From a virus, in the IMG/VR virus record IMGVR_UViG_3300035182_000466, positions 64,001 through 128,000 of that record: a stretch of DNA of 64,000 nt, one strand, 5' to 3'. The notes beneath the pieces were generated by a model that was not told where the DNA came from, made no database searches, and was given only the letters and a program-made list of their open reading frames with translations. The position numbers were made by a program, and so were the translations under genes. Shown here in pieces: positions 49,403 through 58,598 of the stretch. Each line of letters begins with the position of its first letter. Position 1 is the first letter of the stretch.

Positions 49403-50767
49403 ATGATAACTAAACATGATTTAGAAGATGATATTTTAACCTTTTCTAAAGATAGGTCTTTTAGGTATTTTAAAACAAAAGGCGGATTATTAGTAAAGAG
49501 CTTTCTTAATACAAATAGATACTATATAGAAAGTGCTGATGATGATTTACCTATTGCCTCTGTTTGTTTTGGAGAAGAAATATTTACTAATGATGAATTA
49601 GATCAACTATATGATATTATAAATCAAGATAAAAAACAGTTACGCCAAGATATATTTAGTTTAGGAATATTCAATTCTACCTGTAATGTTAGTTGTGAAT
49701 ATTGTACTAATGGCGATAGAACTAAAATGCTCCAGAAGCTACCAAGTATAGAACAACTACAAGAGGTCTTTAATACTTATAACATCAAATATGTAAGTGT
49801 AGCTGGAGGAGAACCATTAGTAGAATGGCCCCAACTAAAAAATATTCTGACATTTTTAGATGAACAACCTGGTATAAAAACAATGGAAATCTTATCAAAT
49901 GGAAGATTACTTAAGCCTGAGATACTTGAGTTTATATCTAGTTTAACACGAGACGTTAAGTTATTTTTAACTGTTACTACAAAAGAAGACTCAAAAGATC
50001 ACATGAATATACAAGAGCTTTATGAGTTATATCCGAAGTTGGTAGGACACCCTGTTGAAATAAATATTGTTATAGACCACTATAAATTTGATGTAGATAG
50101 ATTTTTATCTTTAATTGTAGAAATGGTTAAAAAAGGAAATTTTGGAGTAACCTTAAATGCAATACGCAGAGAAGACGCAACAGAAGAAGGACTATTGCAA
50201 TTAATAAATAATGTAAAAGCAATGATCCGAAGTCCTCATATTCGTGATTTGTCTTGCCCCGAAGACGATAATCCAACAACACCTTTTTATTATGCAACCG
50301 GAAGTTGTAGTAGTGGGATGATTTGTGCTTCATCTAAAGGTTATTCCTTTTGTTTGGCCTCTATGCCACAATATATAGAACAAACTGTAGAAGGTGTAAA
50401 GAATATAAGATATATGCAGTCTAAGCATGGATGTGAATCTTGTGATGCTTATTTTGATGATGTCTTATGTAAGAATAATATTTTCTCTGGTAGTTGTTAT
50501 AAACTAGAAAGATTCAACTGTTTAACTTGTCCTAATTTATGCCAATGCCAATATCAGAAGTGTTATTATCTTTCAGTGAAAAAAATAACAAATCCAGTTG
50601 CAGATTATAATAGAGACTTAAGATGTATAGCTTATGTTTTAATTTTCAATCTTATTGACTATATAAAACATCAACATATAGATTATTCTGATAGTAATAG
50701 TGTGTATAAAATAGACTCAAATAAAATACCGGAGAAATTAGTAAATGAATATTTTTCTACTAAATAA
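49403..50767 (+). CDS. radical SAM protein with Cys-rich (SPASM-like) C-terminus
   Basis: CNVSCEYC, AGGEPL, LSNGRLL; C-terminal CSSGMIC..FC..CESC..C..C..CLTCPNLCQCQYQKC..C. Confidence 0.9.
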   Translation: MITKHDLEDDILTFSKDRSFRYFKTKGGLLVKSFLNTNRYYIESADDDLPIASVCFGEEIFTNDELDQLYDIINQDKKQLRQDIFSLGIFNSTCNVSCEYCTNGDRTKMLQKLPSIEQLQEVFNTYNIKYVSVAGGEPLVEWPQLKNILTFLDEQPGIKTMEILSNGRLLKPEILEFISSLTRDVKLFLTVTTKEDSKDHMNIQELYELYPKLVGHPVEINIVIDHYKFDVDRFLSLIVEMVKKGNFGVTLNAIRREDATEEGLLQLINNVKAMIRSPHIRDLSCPEDDNPTTPFYYATGSCSSGMICASSKGYSFCLASMPQYIEQTVEGVKNIRYMQSKHGCESCDAYFDDVLCKNNIFSGSCYKLERFNCLTCPNLCQCQYQKCYYLSVKKITNPVADYNRDLRCIAYVLIFNLIDYIKHQHIDYSDSNSVYKIDSNKIPEKLVNEYFSTK

Positions 50768-51863
50768 ACATCACACTTGCTACCTATCAAATTCTGAGTT
50801 AAACTTTCTTAGGTTCTGTGCAGAGAAGCTTAAAGGTCTTGAATATGTAGAACAACCAGAGCTAGCAGATTTAATTGTTTATTCCGGATGTTCTGTTTCT
50901 GACGATTATATCATGAGGAATAATAAAGAGCTGGATAAACTTATAGCGCTATATCCAGAAAAGAAATTTATGTTATTTGGATGTGCTGCACCTTATGGTG
51001 AGCACTCAAATGTAATTAGTATTGTACATCTAGAACATTCTAAATTAGATGATCTCTTTAATTTACCTTCTGGTTCAATAAAGCAACTTCACTCTTATTA
51101 TTTCACCTATGAGAAAATTTTTGAAGATCAGAAAGCTATTTTTATATCTAGTGGTTGTGCTAGTAATTGTACTTATTGTAATATTAAGTTATCTAGACCT
51201 AAATTAAAATCAATGCCTTTAGAAGATATTCTTGAAAGAGTGAATCAGTTTTATGCAACTAATCATCATTATGTCTTATGCTCAGATGACTGTGGTTCAT
51301 ATGGATTAGATATAGGGACTAATTTTGCAGTTTTACTAGAAACTTTAGTTTTAAATTTTCCTGATATACTTATAAATATAAAGTGGGTTAATCCACAATG
51401 GTTTATAAAGTATTATGATGTTATAAAGAAATATGTGGATACAGGTAATGTTATAGGTATAGAATGTCCTATTCAGTCAGGATCAGATAGAATATTAAAG
51501 TTAATGAATCGTCCATATACTGTAGAAGAAGTCATTGATAAATGGACCAAGATAAAAGGAAAGTTACTATCTTCTAAAGGTACAGTCATAGTAAACTTTC
51601 CTGGAGAAACTTGGGAAGAATTTTTAGCTTCTATGTCTTTACGTAAACATTATGAAATTTTTATAGTATATATTTTCAAACTAAACAAAAATACAGCTAG
51701 TGCAAATCTTCCAGATAGACGAACAGAGGAGGATGCTAAGAGACGACTTGAATATCTAAAAGAACATTATCCAGACATATACTATGGTGGAGATCTTATA
51801 GATAATAACTTAGACCGCTGTATAGACAAACCTTATATGGTAGATAACTTAGAATATGATTGA
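50745..51863 (+). CDS. MiaB/RimO-like methylthiotransferase-family radical SAM protein lacking TRAM domain
   Basis: N-domain Cys triad (HTC, ADLIVYSGCSV, FGCA); GCASNCTYC; PIQSGSDRILKLMNRPY; VNFPGETWEEF; only 372 aa. Confidence 0.85.
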   Translation: MNIFLLNKHHTCYLSNSELNFLRFCAEKLKGLEYVEQPELADLIVYSGCSVSDDYIMRNNKELDKLIALYPEKKFMLFGCAAPYGEHSNVISIVHLEHSKLDDLFNLPSGSIKQLHSYYFTYEKIFEDQKAIFISSGCASNCTYCNIKLSRPKLKSMPLEDILERVNQFYATNHHYVLCSDDCGSYGLDIGTNFAVLLETLVLNFPDILINIKWVNPQWFIKYYDVIKKYVDTGNVIGIECPIQSGSDRILKLMNRPYTVEEVIDKWTKIKGKLLSSKGTVIVNFPGETWEEFLASMSLRKHYEIFIVYIFKLNKNTASANLPDRRTEEDAKRRLEYLKEHYPDIYYGGDLIDNNLDRCIDKPYMVDNLEYD

Positions 51864-53076
51864 TACTTTATCCATAAAAATGGTAGATATTCCAGGTGTT
51901 CTTGAATATCATTCTTCGACGCATTCTTTCAATTATTGTCCTGAAGTTATACAGACTGAAAGAATAAAATTTGAAGATAGAAATGAAATACAACAAGACT
52001 TCTCGAAAGAATATCTTAATAAACAAAAAGAAGAATCAGATAAAGTACCAATTATAGGTACAGTAACCATTACTAATGAATGTAACATGGGATGTTCTTT
52101 TTGTTATGCTCATAAAAATGAGCAACTAGGAAAAATAAATTTAGACTATCTTATACGATTAAAGGAAAAGCTTCCTAAAGAATGTTTTGATCATCTTATT
52201 TTATCTGGTGGTGAACCATTATTATATTTTGATACGGTTAAGTCAGTAAGAAAGTTATACTCAAAGGTTGTAATATATACTAATGGTAGTCTTTTAACAG
52301 AAGATATTATTAAATGGTGTATAGATACAAAGACATGGTTATACATAACGTTAGATTTTGATATTCCAGATTTTATTGGTCATCACTCTAGTCCTGTAAG
52401 AGATTTACTAGAAAAGTACATTTATAAGTATCCTAAATTGTTAGATATAATATCTTTTGGGACAGTTCTTCCAATAGAAGAACTTATAAATTTGCCTAAG
52501 CTTAGGCAACAACAAAAACCTTTTGAGTCAGGTATATGGAGACTATACAATTTTTTAGATCCAAAAGATAAAAATTATGTAGTTAGTTCTGAAGGTTTTG
52601 ATCTTGAAATGAGTAATATAGAAACTGGTTCTATTAGTCTTCAAGAATCAATATTTTTTAGATATTTGAACTATGTACAAACAGCTTCTACTAATGAATA
52701 CAACTATAGTTGTTGTGGAAATTCATTAGCCCTAACACCCAGTGGAAACTTAACTATCTGTAATGAGTTATCAAGTTTACCTGAGTCTCGTTTAAAAAAT
52801 ACAAAAGTATGGTCAATAGATTCATTAGATTTAGAAGAAGTTAAACAAGAACAATTAAGAGTAGGTAAATACGGTATTAAAAGTTTTTGTGGTTCATGTA
52901 TTATGAAATATTTTTGTTCAGGATTGTGTTGGCAGAAAAAGGGTAATCTTAAACATCAATGTCAAATGGCACGCTTCGGAATAGCATATAGTATGTATTA
53001 TAAGTTTAACTATTTGAATACTAATTCAATACTAAATCCGAATACAAAGTTATCAGAAATCTTAAGAGATAGGTAA
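51856..53076 (+). CDS. radical SAM/SPASM domain protein
   Basis: CNMGCSFC, SGGEPLL, YTNGSLL; SPASM-type SCC..LTPSGNLTIC..CGSC..YFCSGLC..C. Confidence 0.92.
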   Translation: MIDTLSIKMVDIPGVLEYHSSTHSFNYCPEVIQTERIKFEDRNEIQQDFSKEYLNKQKEESDKVPIIGTVTITNECNMGCSFCYAHKNEQLGKINLDYLIRLKEKLPKECFDHLILSGGEPLLYFDTVKSVRKLYSKVVIYTNGSLLTEDIIKWCIDTKTWLYITLDFDIPDFIGHHSSPVRDLLEKYIYKYPKLLDIISFGTVLPIEELINLPKLRQQQKPFESGIWRLYNFLDPKDKNYVVSSEGFDLEMSNIETGSISLQESIFFRYLNYVQTASTNEYNYSCCGNSLALTPSGNLTICNELSSLPESRLKNTKVWSIDSLDLEEVKQEQLRVGKYGIKSFCGSCIMKYFCSGLCWQKKGNLKHQCQMARFGIAYSMYYKFNYLNTNSILNPNTKLSEILRDR

Positions 53077-53083
53077 TATATTT

Positions 53084-54352
53084 ATGTCTTCATCAAAAAT
53101 TTTAGTAAATGCTATTGGTATAAAAGATAATTCTACGGGATTTGCTATCTTATATGTTCCAGAATTTCATTTATTTTTAAAGTCTGAAATACGTCAAAAT
53201 AAACCTGTAGAATTTTATACTAATTATTCAATGCCTGTACTTTGTACTCATCAAAATGAGATATATGAAGAGTACAATAAACTAGAAACTCAGGCAGTAA
53301 ATAAAATTCCTAACATAGGTTATGTAATAGTTAATAATGTCTGTAATATGAATTGTACCTTTTGTTATGCTGCGGCTAATACTAATCATAAAAGAGTAGA
53401 CATTTCTGATCTAGAGCACCTGTCTAAGATATTGCCCAAAAATTCGTTTAGAAAAGTAATTATTTCTGGAGGAGAACCTTTATTAGACTTTGATCTTGTA
53501 AAACAAATAAGAACATTTTTTGATGAAATGACTATAAACTCTAATGGAATGCTTCTTACAGAAGATATAGCTAATTGGTTAGTAGAAACAAAGACAAAAA
53601 TGTATATCGCCTTAGATTATGAGATTAAAGATTTTGAAGGACATGACTTTAATGCTAAAGCGCATGTAGAAAGTATAATCGCTAAAGTTCCAGAAGTTCT
53701 TCCATTTATAGAAGTCGCTGTAACTTACCCTAGTGATAAACTAGATGAGTTAAAAGATATTAGAACTCAAAATCTTCCATTTGAAAAAGAACTGACCCAC
53801 GATTTTAATTACATTAAAGGAAAGGATCCTTTAGTTTTAACTAAATCTATATTTGAAAAAGAAATAGAAAGAATAGAAAGAGATGAAATTTCATTACAAG
53901 AATCTATCTTTCATAAACCTCTTAAATATATACGAAATACTTATAACTGGAGACTTAATATAGAGTCATGCTCTCCAGCCGTACATTTAAATCATCTTGG
54001 AGATTTACATCTATGTCAGGTTAGAGCCTCCAATACAAATAGACCTGAAGAGTATGAGAAAGATGTTATCTGTAAAGCTAAAGATTTTAATTTAGACATA
54101 TATAGACAAAGATCCAACAAAGATAAAAAGATTGGAGTTTGCACAATAGATAAAAATTGTAACTGTAGATGGTTTTGTGGAAATATATGTTGGGCTAATA
54201 TAAAACATAATAAACATAATTGTGAAGTTCTTAAATACTCGTTATTCTATTCTATGTATTTAGTTCATAATTATCTTTCTATGGAAGGTTTTAGTTTATT
54301 AAATTTAGATAGATTTTTCAATTCAAAACTAAAAGGATTGAACTATGTCTGA
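53084..54352 (+). CDS. radical SAM/SPASM domain protein (paralog of 51856)
   Basis: CNMNCTFC, SGGEPLL, NSNGMLL; SC..LNHLGDLHLC..C..CNCRWFCGNIC..C; shares ISLQESIF with 51856. Confidence 0.92.
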   Translation: MSSSKILVNAIGIKDNSTGFAILYVPEFHLFLKSEIRQNKPVEFYTNYSMPVLCTHQNEIYEEYNKLETQAVNKIPNIGYVIVNNVCNMNCTFCYAAANTNHKRVDISDLEHLSKILPKNSFRKVIISGGEPLLDFDLVKQIRTFFDEMTINSNGMLLTEDIANWLVETKTKMYIALDYEIKDFEGHDFNAKAHVESIIAKVPEVLPFIEVAVTYPSDKLDELKDIRTQNLPFEKELTHDFNYIKGKDPLVLTKSIFEKEIERIERDEISLQESIFHKPLKYIRNTYNWRLNIESCSPAVHLNHLGDLHLCQVRASNTNRPEEYEKDVICKAKDFNLDIYRQRSNKDKKIGVCTIDKNCNCRWFCGNICWANIKHNKHNCEVLKYSLFYSMYLVHNYLSMEGFSLLNLDRFFNSKLKGLNYV

Positions 54353-57300
54353 TATTCGTCCTGTACTAAGTATTTTAGAAAAACCTGAAACCTTAAATAA
54401 AAGTAAGCAATGTTCTTTTACCTTTAAGTCATCTAAACCTTTGAAATATGTCTGGTGTGTTTTGGATAATAATCCAAGTTTTAAACTATATCCATCAAAA
54501 GATTATCCAGAAGGTGATATTGCTATTTTATCTTTAACCTATGATGATTCTGATGATAGAGTTAAACACGAGCTAACAGTTCAAGCAGTAGATACAGATG
54601 ATAATCTTGAGATATATAAAAATGTAATAGTTTGGACTAATGTTTTTATACCTATACAGTCTACATTAGTAGAACATCCTTCTGATCCAGATTTAGACTT
54701 AGCAAGTTATTTTCTAATTACTACAAATAAAACTGTATTGGGAGTAAGATATTCCTTAAATAATAATCCTTATGTTTTTGTCAAACCTTCAGATAGAGTT
54801 TCTGATAACAAGACAGTAGATATTTCATTATATGATCTATCAGAAAGATCATATACGATAAGATATAAAGCTGTAGATGAATTTGGATTCGAAGAATTAA
54901 CTGAACATGAATTTACTTGGAATAAAGTAGTACGTCCTATTACTACAATAGTAAATATATCTGAAACAAACGATCCAAAAGTAATAGAGTTATCTGTAAA
55001 TAAACAAGTTGCATATATTGAAAGTTATCATTATTACGGTGAAGATAAAGAATCTTTTAGCGAAATTTGTTCAGAAGTAAACTCCTCTGGACAAGAAAGA
55101 TTCTACTTTAGAATACCACAACCTTTTGAAGGTAAAAATGAAGTACAATTTACAGCTGTAGATACTAAAGGTTACAGAGAATTAGAACCCGTTGTTTATA
55201 CTTGGTATGAAGATAAAACAGTTTTATATTCTACCTTTATTGAGACACCAGCAAAAGTATCACAGATTACAGATTCTAAATTTACTATTGTAACTAATAA
55301 ACCAGTCGATCATATAGAATATACTTTAGACGATCAACCGGAGAATAAAATATACCCTTGGCCTGAAGATGTAACTAATAAAACGTTCAAGATAACATTT
55401 ACATCTATGCAAGAAGGGTTTCATAATCTATCTATAAGAGCAGTAGATGGGTCTGGATATTTGGAGGATGAGGCACGTGTTTATTCATGGAAAGTAGAAG
55501 ATCCACCAGTTTCAAATATAATAAAGTACCCAATTAGTCCTAGTACAGAATCAACTGCTACCTTTAAAATTGTTGCTAACAAACCATTGAGTCATGCATT
55601 ATACTCGTTGAACGGATCGTCTTGGAAAGTATTTAATATAGATCCTAATGACTCAACTAAGACAAGTGCAAGTATAACAATATCTAATTTAAAAAATGGC
55701 GATTATACTATACAGATAAAAGCAGTAGATTTATTTGGAGCTGTGGAGAGAGAATCAACTGAAAAATCTTGGAGTGTAGAAGGTATTGAAGTTGTTTATC
55801 CAAATGTAGGATATGGTTCATCTAAAACAATCTTACCAGATGGAGTTACAGAAGCATTTAGATTTCACCCATCTCCAGGTGTATATTTTCCAGAGAGCTT
55901 ACTTGAGTTACCATCTGTTAGATCAATAATATATCCAGATACATTTATTGTAACATTTCCCGAAAAGTTTTCTAATCAAACTTCAGGAGTATTTACATTT
56001 TCATCTACTAGAATTGGAGCAACCTACCAGATTAGTTTAGATGGTTCTGAGTGGAAAGATGTAGGTAATCTATATAAATTTAATGATCTAGTTTTAGGCT
56101 CTCATTTACTTAAAGTTAGATCTATAGATAGAGCTGGGAATATTGATCCATCACCAGCAGAGTATTCTTGGAGTATAGACACTAAAAAACCAGTTTCTAC
56201 CTTTGTAGAAACTCCACCTAATATATCTATCTCACAGGAAGCATCTATAAGAATAGAGGTAGATAAACCAGTTCAGTACGAGTTGTACTCTTTAGATAAT
56301 TCTATATGGTTAAAGTCTTATCCTTTAGAGTCAGATCCAGATAATAGAACGATATTAGTAGAATTATATAATCTAAATTCTGGACCGCATAATTTTAGAG
56401 TAAAGGCTTGTGATATATATGGTAATATAGAAGTACCAGAAAAGTATTATAACTGGTTTGTAAATACAGATAGGACTCCACCTGATACTATTATAACTAC
56501 TATAATTCCTGAATATACTAATAAAGTTAACTGGGATATAGACTTTATGTCACCTAAACTTGGTTGCACTTTTGAAGTAGCTTTAGACGTAACATTATCT
56601 AATACAGATATACGATATGGTGAATGGGTGTCTGCGAAAAGTCCTTATATTCTTTCTGATTTAGCTGATGGACATTATGTGATAAAGGTTAGAGCGATTG
56701 ATCTATTTGGAGATATAGATGTTACACCTGCTCAATTAGCTTGGAATATAGATACAGTTCCACCAAAATTATTTTTTGTTACAAAGCCGACAGGACCAAA
56801 TGGAACATTTGAAGTTGTCTCAAATAAAACAAATTGCAGCTATCATTTTATTTATAATGATAGTGATACAGAAAACGTAGTATACAGTCCTATCATACCA
56901 TATAGCAATTTACCTGAAGGAGTTAATATTGTAAAAATTTATGCTAAAGATATGGCAGGAAATTCTGGAGATGTTATTTCTTATACTTGGACTATTGATT
57001 CAGTAACACCTAATACCTTTATTGATACTTATCCAATAGATAATAGCTCAAGTGGGCAGTTTACTTATCACGCAGATAAACCTAATTGTGTCTTTGAAGT
57101 TACTTTGGACTCAGTTACAAGTTTTAAAGAAAGTCCTTTTACTTTCACTAATTTATCTTCAGGTTTTCATACCTTTTCAGTTAGAGCAAAGGACTTAAAT
57201 GGAAATTTTGATGTTAATCCCAAAACATATACTTGGGAAGTAAAGATTTTAAGTACGATAACTGTTACAGTTTTTAATGCAATTAATGCTAAAGCTATCT

Positions 57301-57920
57301 CAGGTGCACTTGTATCTATAGACACTGGAGAATCTAGTAATACAAATACTTCTGGTGAAGCTAAGTTTACTAGTATAAAGGCAGGACTTAGAACAGTCAC
57401 AATCGCTAAAGATCAATTTGTTACAGAAACCGTAACAGTTACTTTAACTGAAGCTGCGATAGCAATAACTGTTTTATTATCGCCCTCTCTATGGGATGGT
57501 GCCTATCGTGCTGTATTACGTTGGGGTTACAAACCTTCTGACTTAGATATCCATATGTATGTACCATCAGGATCAACTTACATAGACCGTAACTGGGCTA
57601 ATAAAGGAAGTGAAATTTCCACACCATCTGGATGGCTAGACATAGATGATACTGATGGTTATGGTCCAGAAACTGTTACTGCTAAAACTCCAAATATAGG
57701 TATTTATCAAATATGGGTGTACAATTATTCTCAAACACCAGATATAACATCTTCAAATGCTGAAGTTAGTATATACTCAGACCAAGGAAAACAGCGTACT
57801 TATAAAGTACCTTTAAACTTAGGTACAGGATATAAAGCTTGGCATATATGTGATATCGACTGTGTAAACAAAATTATAACTGATGTAAATTTATTAAGAA
57901 CAAATCTACCAAATATATAG
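54345..57920 (+). CDS. large Ig-like repeat protein (~10 repeats) with carboxypeptidase-regulatory-like and YfaP/DUF2135-like C-terminal domains
   Basis: Repeats PDT.I..P..F..S..Y.LD..L..G.H...V.A.D..GN....Y.W. Then VFNAINAKAISGALVSI and LRWG..DLDIH..LDIDDTDGYGPET. Confidence 0.75.
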   Translation: MSDIRPVLSILEKPETLNKSKQCSFTFKSSKPLKYVWCVLDNNPSFKLYPSKDYPEGDIAILSLTYDDSDDRVKHELTVQAVDTDDNLEIYKNVIVWTNVFIPIQSTLVEHPSDPDLDLASYFLITTNKTVLGVRYSLNNNPYVFVKPSDRVSDNKTVDISLYDLSERSYTIRYKAVDEFGFEELTEHEFTWNKVVRPITTIVNISETNDPKVIELSVNKQVAYIESYHYYGEDKESFSEICSEVNSSGQERFYFRIPQPFEGKNEVQFTAVDTKGYRELEPVVYTWYEDKTVLYSTFIETPAKVSQITDSKFTIVTNKPVDHIEYTLDDQPENKIYPWPEDVTNKTFKITFTSMQEGFHNLSIRAVDGSGYLEDEARVYSWKVEDPPVSNIIKYPISPSTESTATFKIVANKPLSHALYSLNGSSWKVFNIDPNDSTKTSASITISNLKNGDYTIQIKAVDLFGAVERESTEKSWSVEGIEVVYPNVGYGSSKTILPDGVTEAFRFHPSPGVYFPESLLELPSVRSIIYPDTFIVTFPEKFSNQTSGVFTFSSTRIGATYQISLDGSEWKDVGNLYKFNDLVLGSHLLKVRSIDRAGNIDPSPAEYSWSIDTKKPVSTFVETPPNISISQEASIRIEVDKPVQYELYSLDNSIWLKSYPLESDPDNRTILVELYNLNSGPHNFRVKACDIYGNIEVPEKYYNWFVNTDRTPPDTIITTIIPEYTNKVNWDIDFMSPKLGCTFEVALDVTLSNTDIRYGEWVSAKSPYILSDLADGHYVIKVRAIDLFGDIDVTPAQLAWNIDTVPPKLFFVTKPTGPNGTFEVVSNKTNCSYHFIYNDSDTENVVYSPIIPYSNLPEGVNIVKIYAKDMAGNSGDVISYTWTIDSVTPNTFIDTYPIDNSSSGQFTYHADKPNCVFEVTLDSVTSFKESPFTFTNLSSGFHTFSVRAKDLNGNFDVNPKTYTWEVKILSTITVTVFNAINAKAISGALVSIDTGESSNTNTSGEAKFTSIKAGLRTVTIAKDQFVTETVTVTLTEAAIAITVLLSPSLWDGAYRAVLRWGYKPSDLDIHMYVPSGSTYIDRNWANKGSEISTPSGWLDIDDTDGYGPETVTAKTPNIGIYQIWVYNYSQTPDITSSNAEVSIYSDQGKQRTYKVPLNLGTGYKAWHICDIDCVNKIITDVNLLRTNLPNI

Positions 57921-57940
57921 TAGTATAATACGAGGACTTT

Positions 57941-58159
57941 ATGACAACTATTTTAGATCCTTATTACACTTTATTAAGTCAATATTACAATAATTATGAT
58001 CTATTCATATCTAAGTGTAAAGATAGTGGTTTAACAGTCTTAACCATAGTAGAGTTTAAAGATAAAATAAATACTTTATTTCCTAAAACTAGTAACGTTC
58101 ATAGAACACCTGTTACTCGTTCTCCACGAAGTTGCTGTGGAGGTGGAGCATCTCGTTGA
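57941..58159 (+). CDS. 72-aa peptide ending RSCCGGGASR
   Basis: GAGGA RBS; ORF in track. Confidence 0.65.
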   Translation: MTTILDPYYTLLSQYYNNYDLFISKCKDSGLTVLTIVEFKDKINTLFPKTSNVHRTPVTRSPRSCCGGGASR

Positions 58160-58202
58160 ACTATGTAATTTATTATGTAGTTAATATATTAACAAAAGGA
58201 GA

Positions 58203-58586
58203 ATGGAAATGGAAGACAATACTACTAAAACTGAAGAAAACGTAACTGCAAGTGAGGAAAAGCCAAGTGAGGAAAAGAAACAACAACCATTTATTAACCA
58301 TAATACTTTTGCATTAGCTTTTGTTATTATAACGGTAGTATATATTACACTAGTGTTTAAGTATTTTAATCCTACTACTGGTCCTGAGTACGGAACTGCA
58401 CTTAGAATAAGTGCAAGTTCTATGCAGTCTACAGCTTTATGGTTTATCTCTGCATTAGGTTTTGTGATTACTCTAAATGGTCTTAAATTCGATGTTTATA
58501 AAGAAATAGTAGATGAGCATAATATAGCATTAGCTCTTTTAGTTGGTTTTGCATGGTTAGCTCTTGCTTTAGTTATAGCACTATAA
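58203..58586 (+). CDS. three-TM membrane protein (DUF350-like; holin candidate)
   Basis: Three hydrophobic helices; FDVYKEIVDEHNIALALLVG; adjacent to the hydrolase gene. Confidence 0.6.
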   Translation: MEMEDNTTKTEENVTASEEKPSEEKKQQPFINHNTFALAFVIITVVYITLVFKYFNPTTGPEYGTALRISASSMQSTALWFISALGFVITLNGLKFDVYKEIVDEHNIALALLVGFAWLALALVIAL

Positions 58587-58598
58587 CTGGAATTAAAG

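Noticed and set aside
49403-54352. rSAM genes as NrdG/PflA activases, QueE or MoaA
   Set aside because: No partner genes (nrdD, queC/D, moaC) in the window; sizes and C-terminal Cys clusters fit SPASM or methylthiotransferase families instead.
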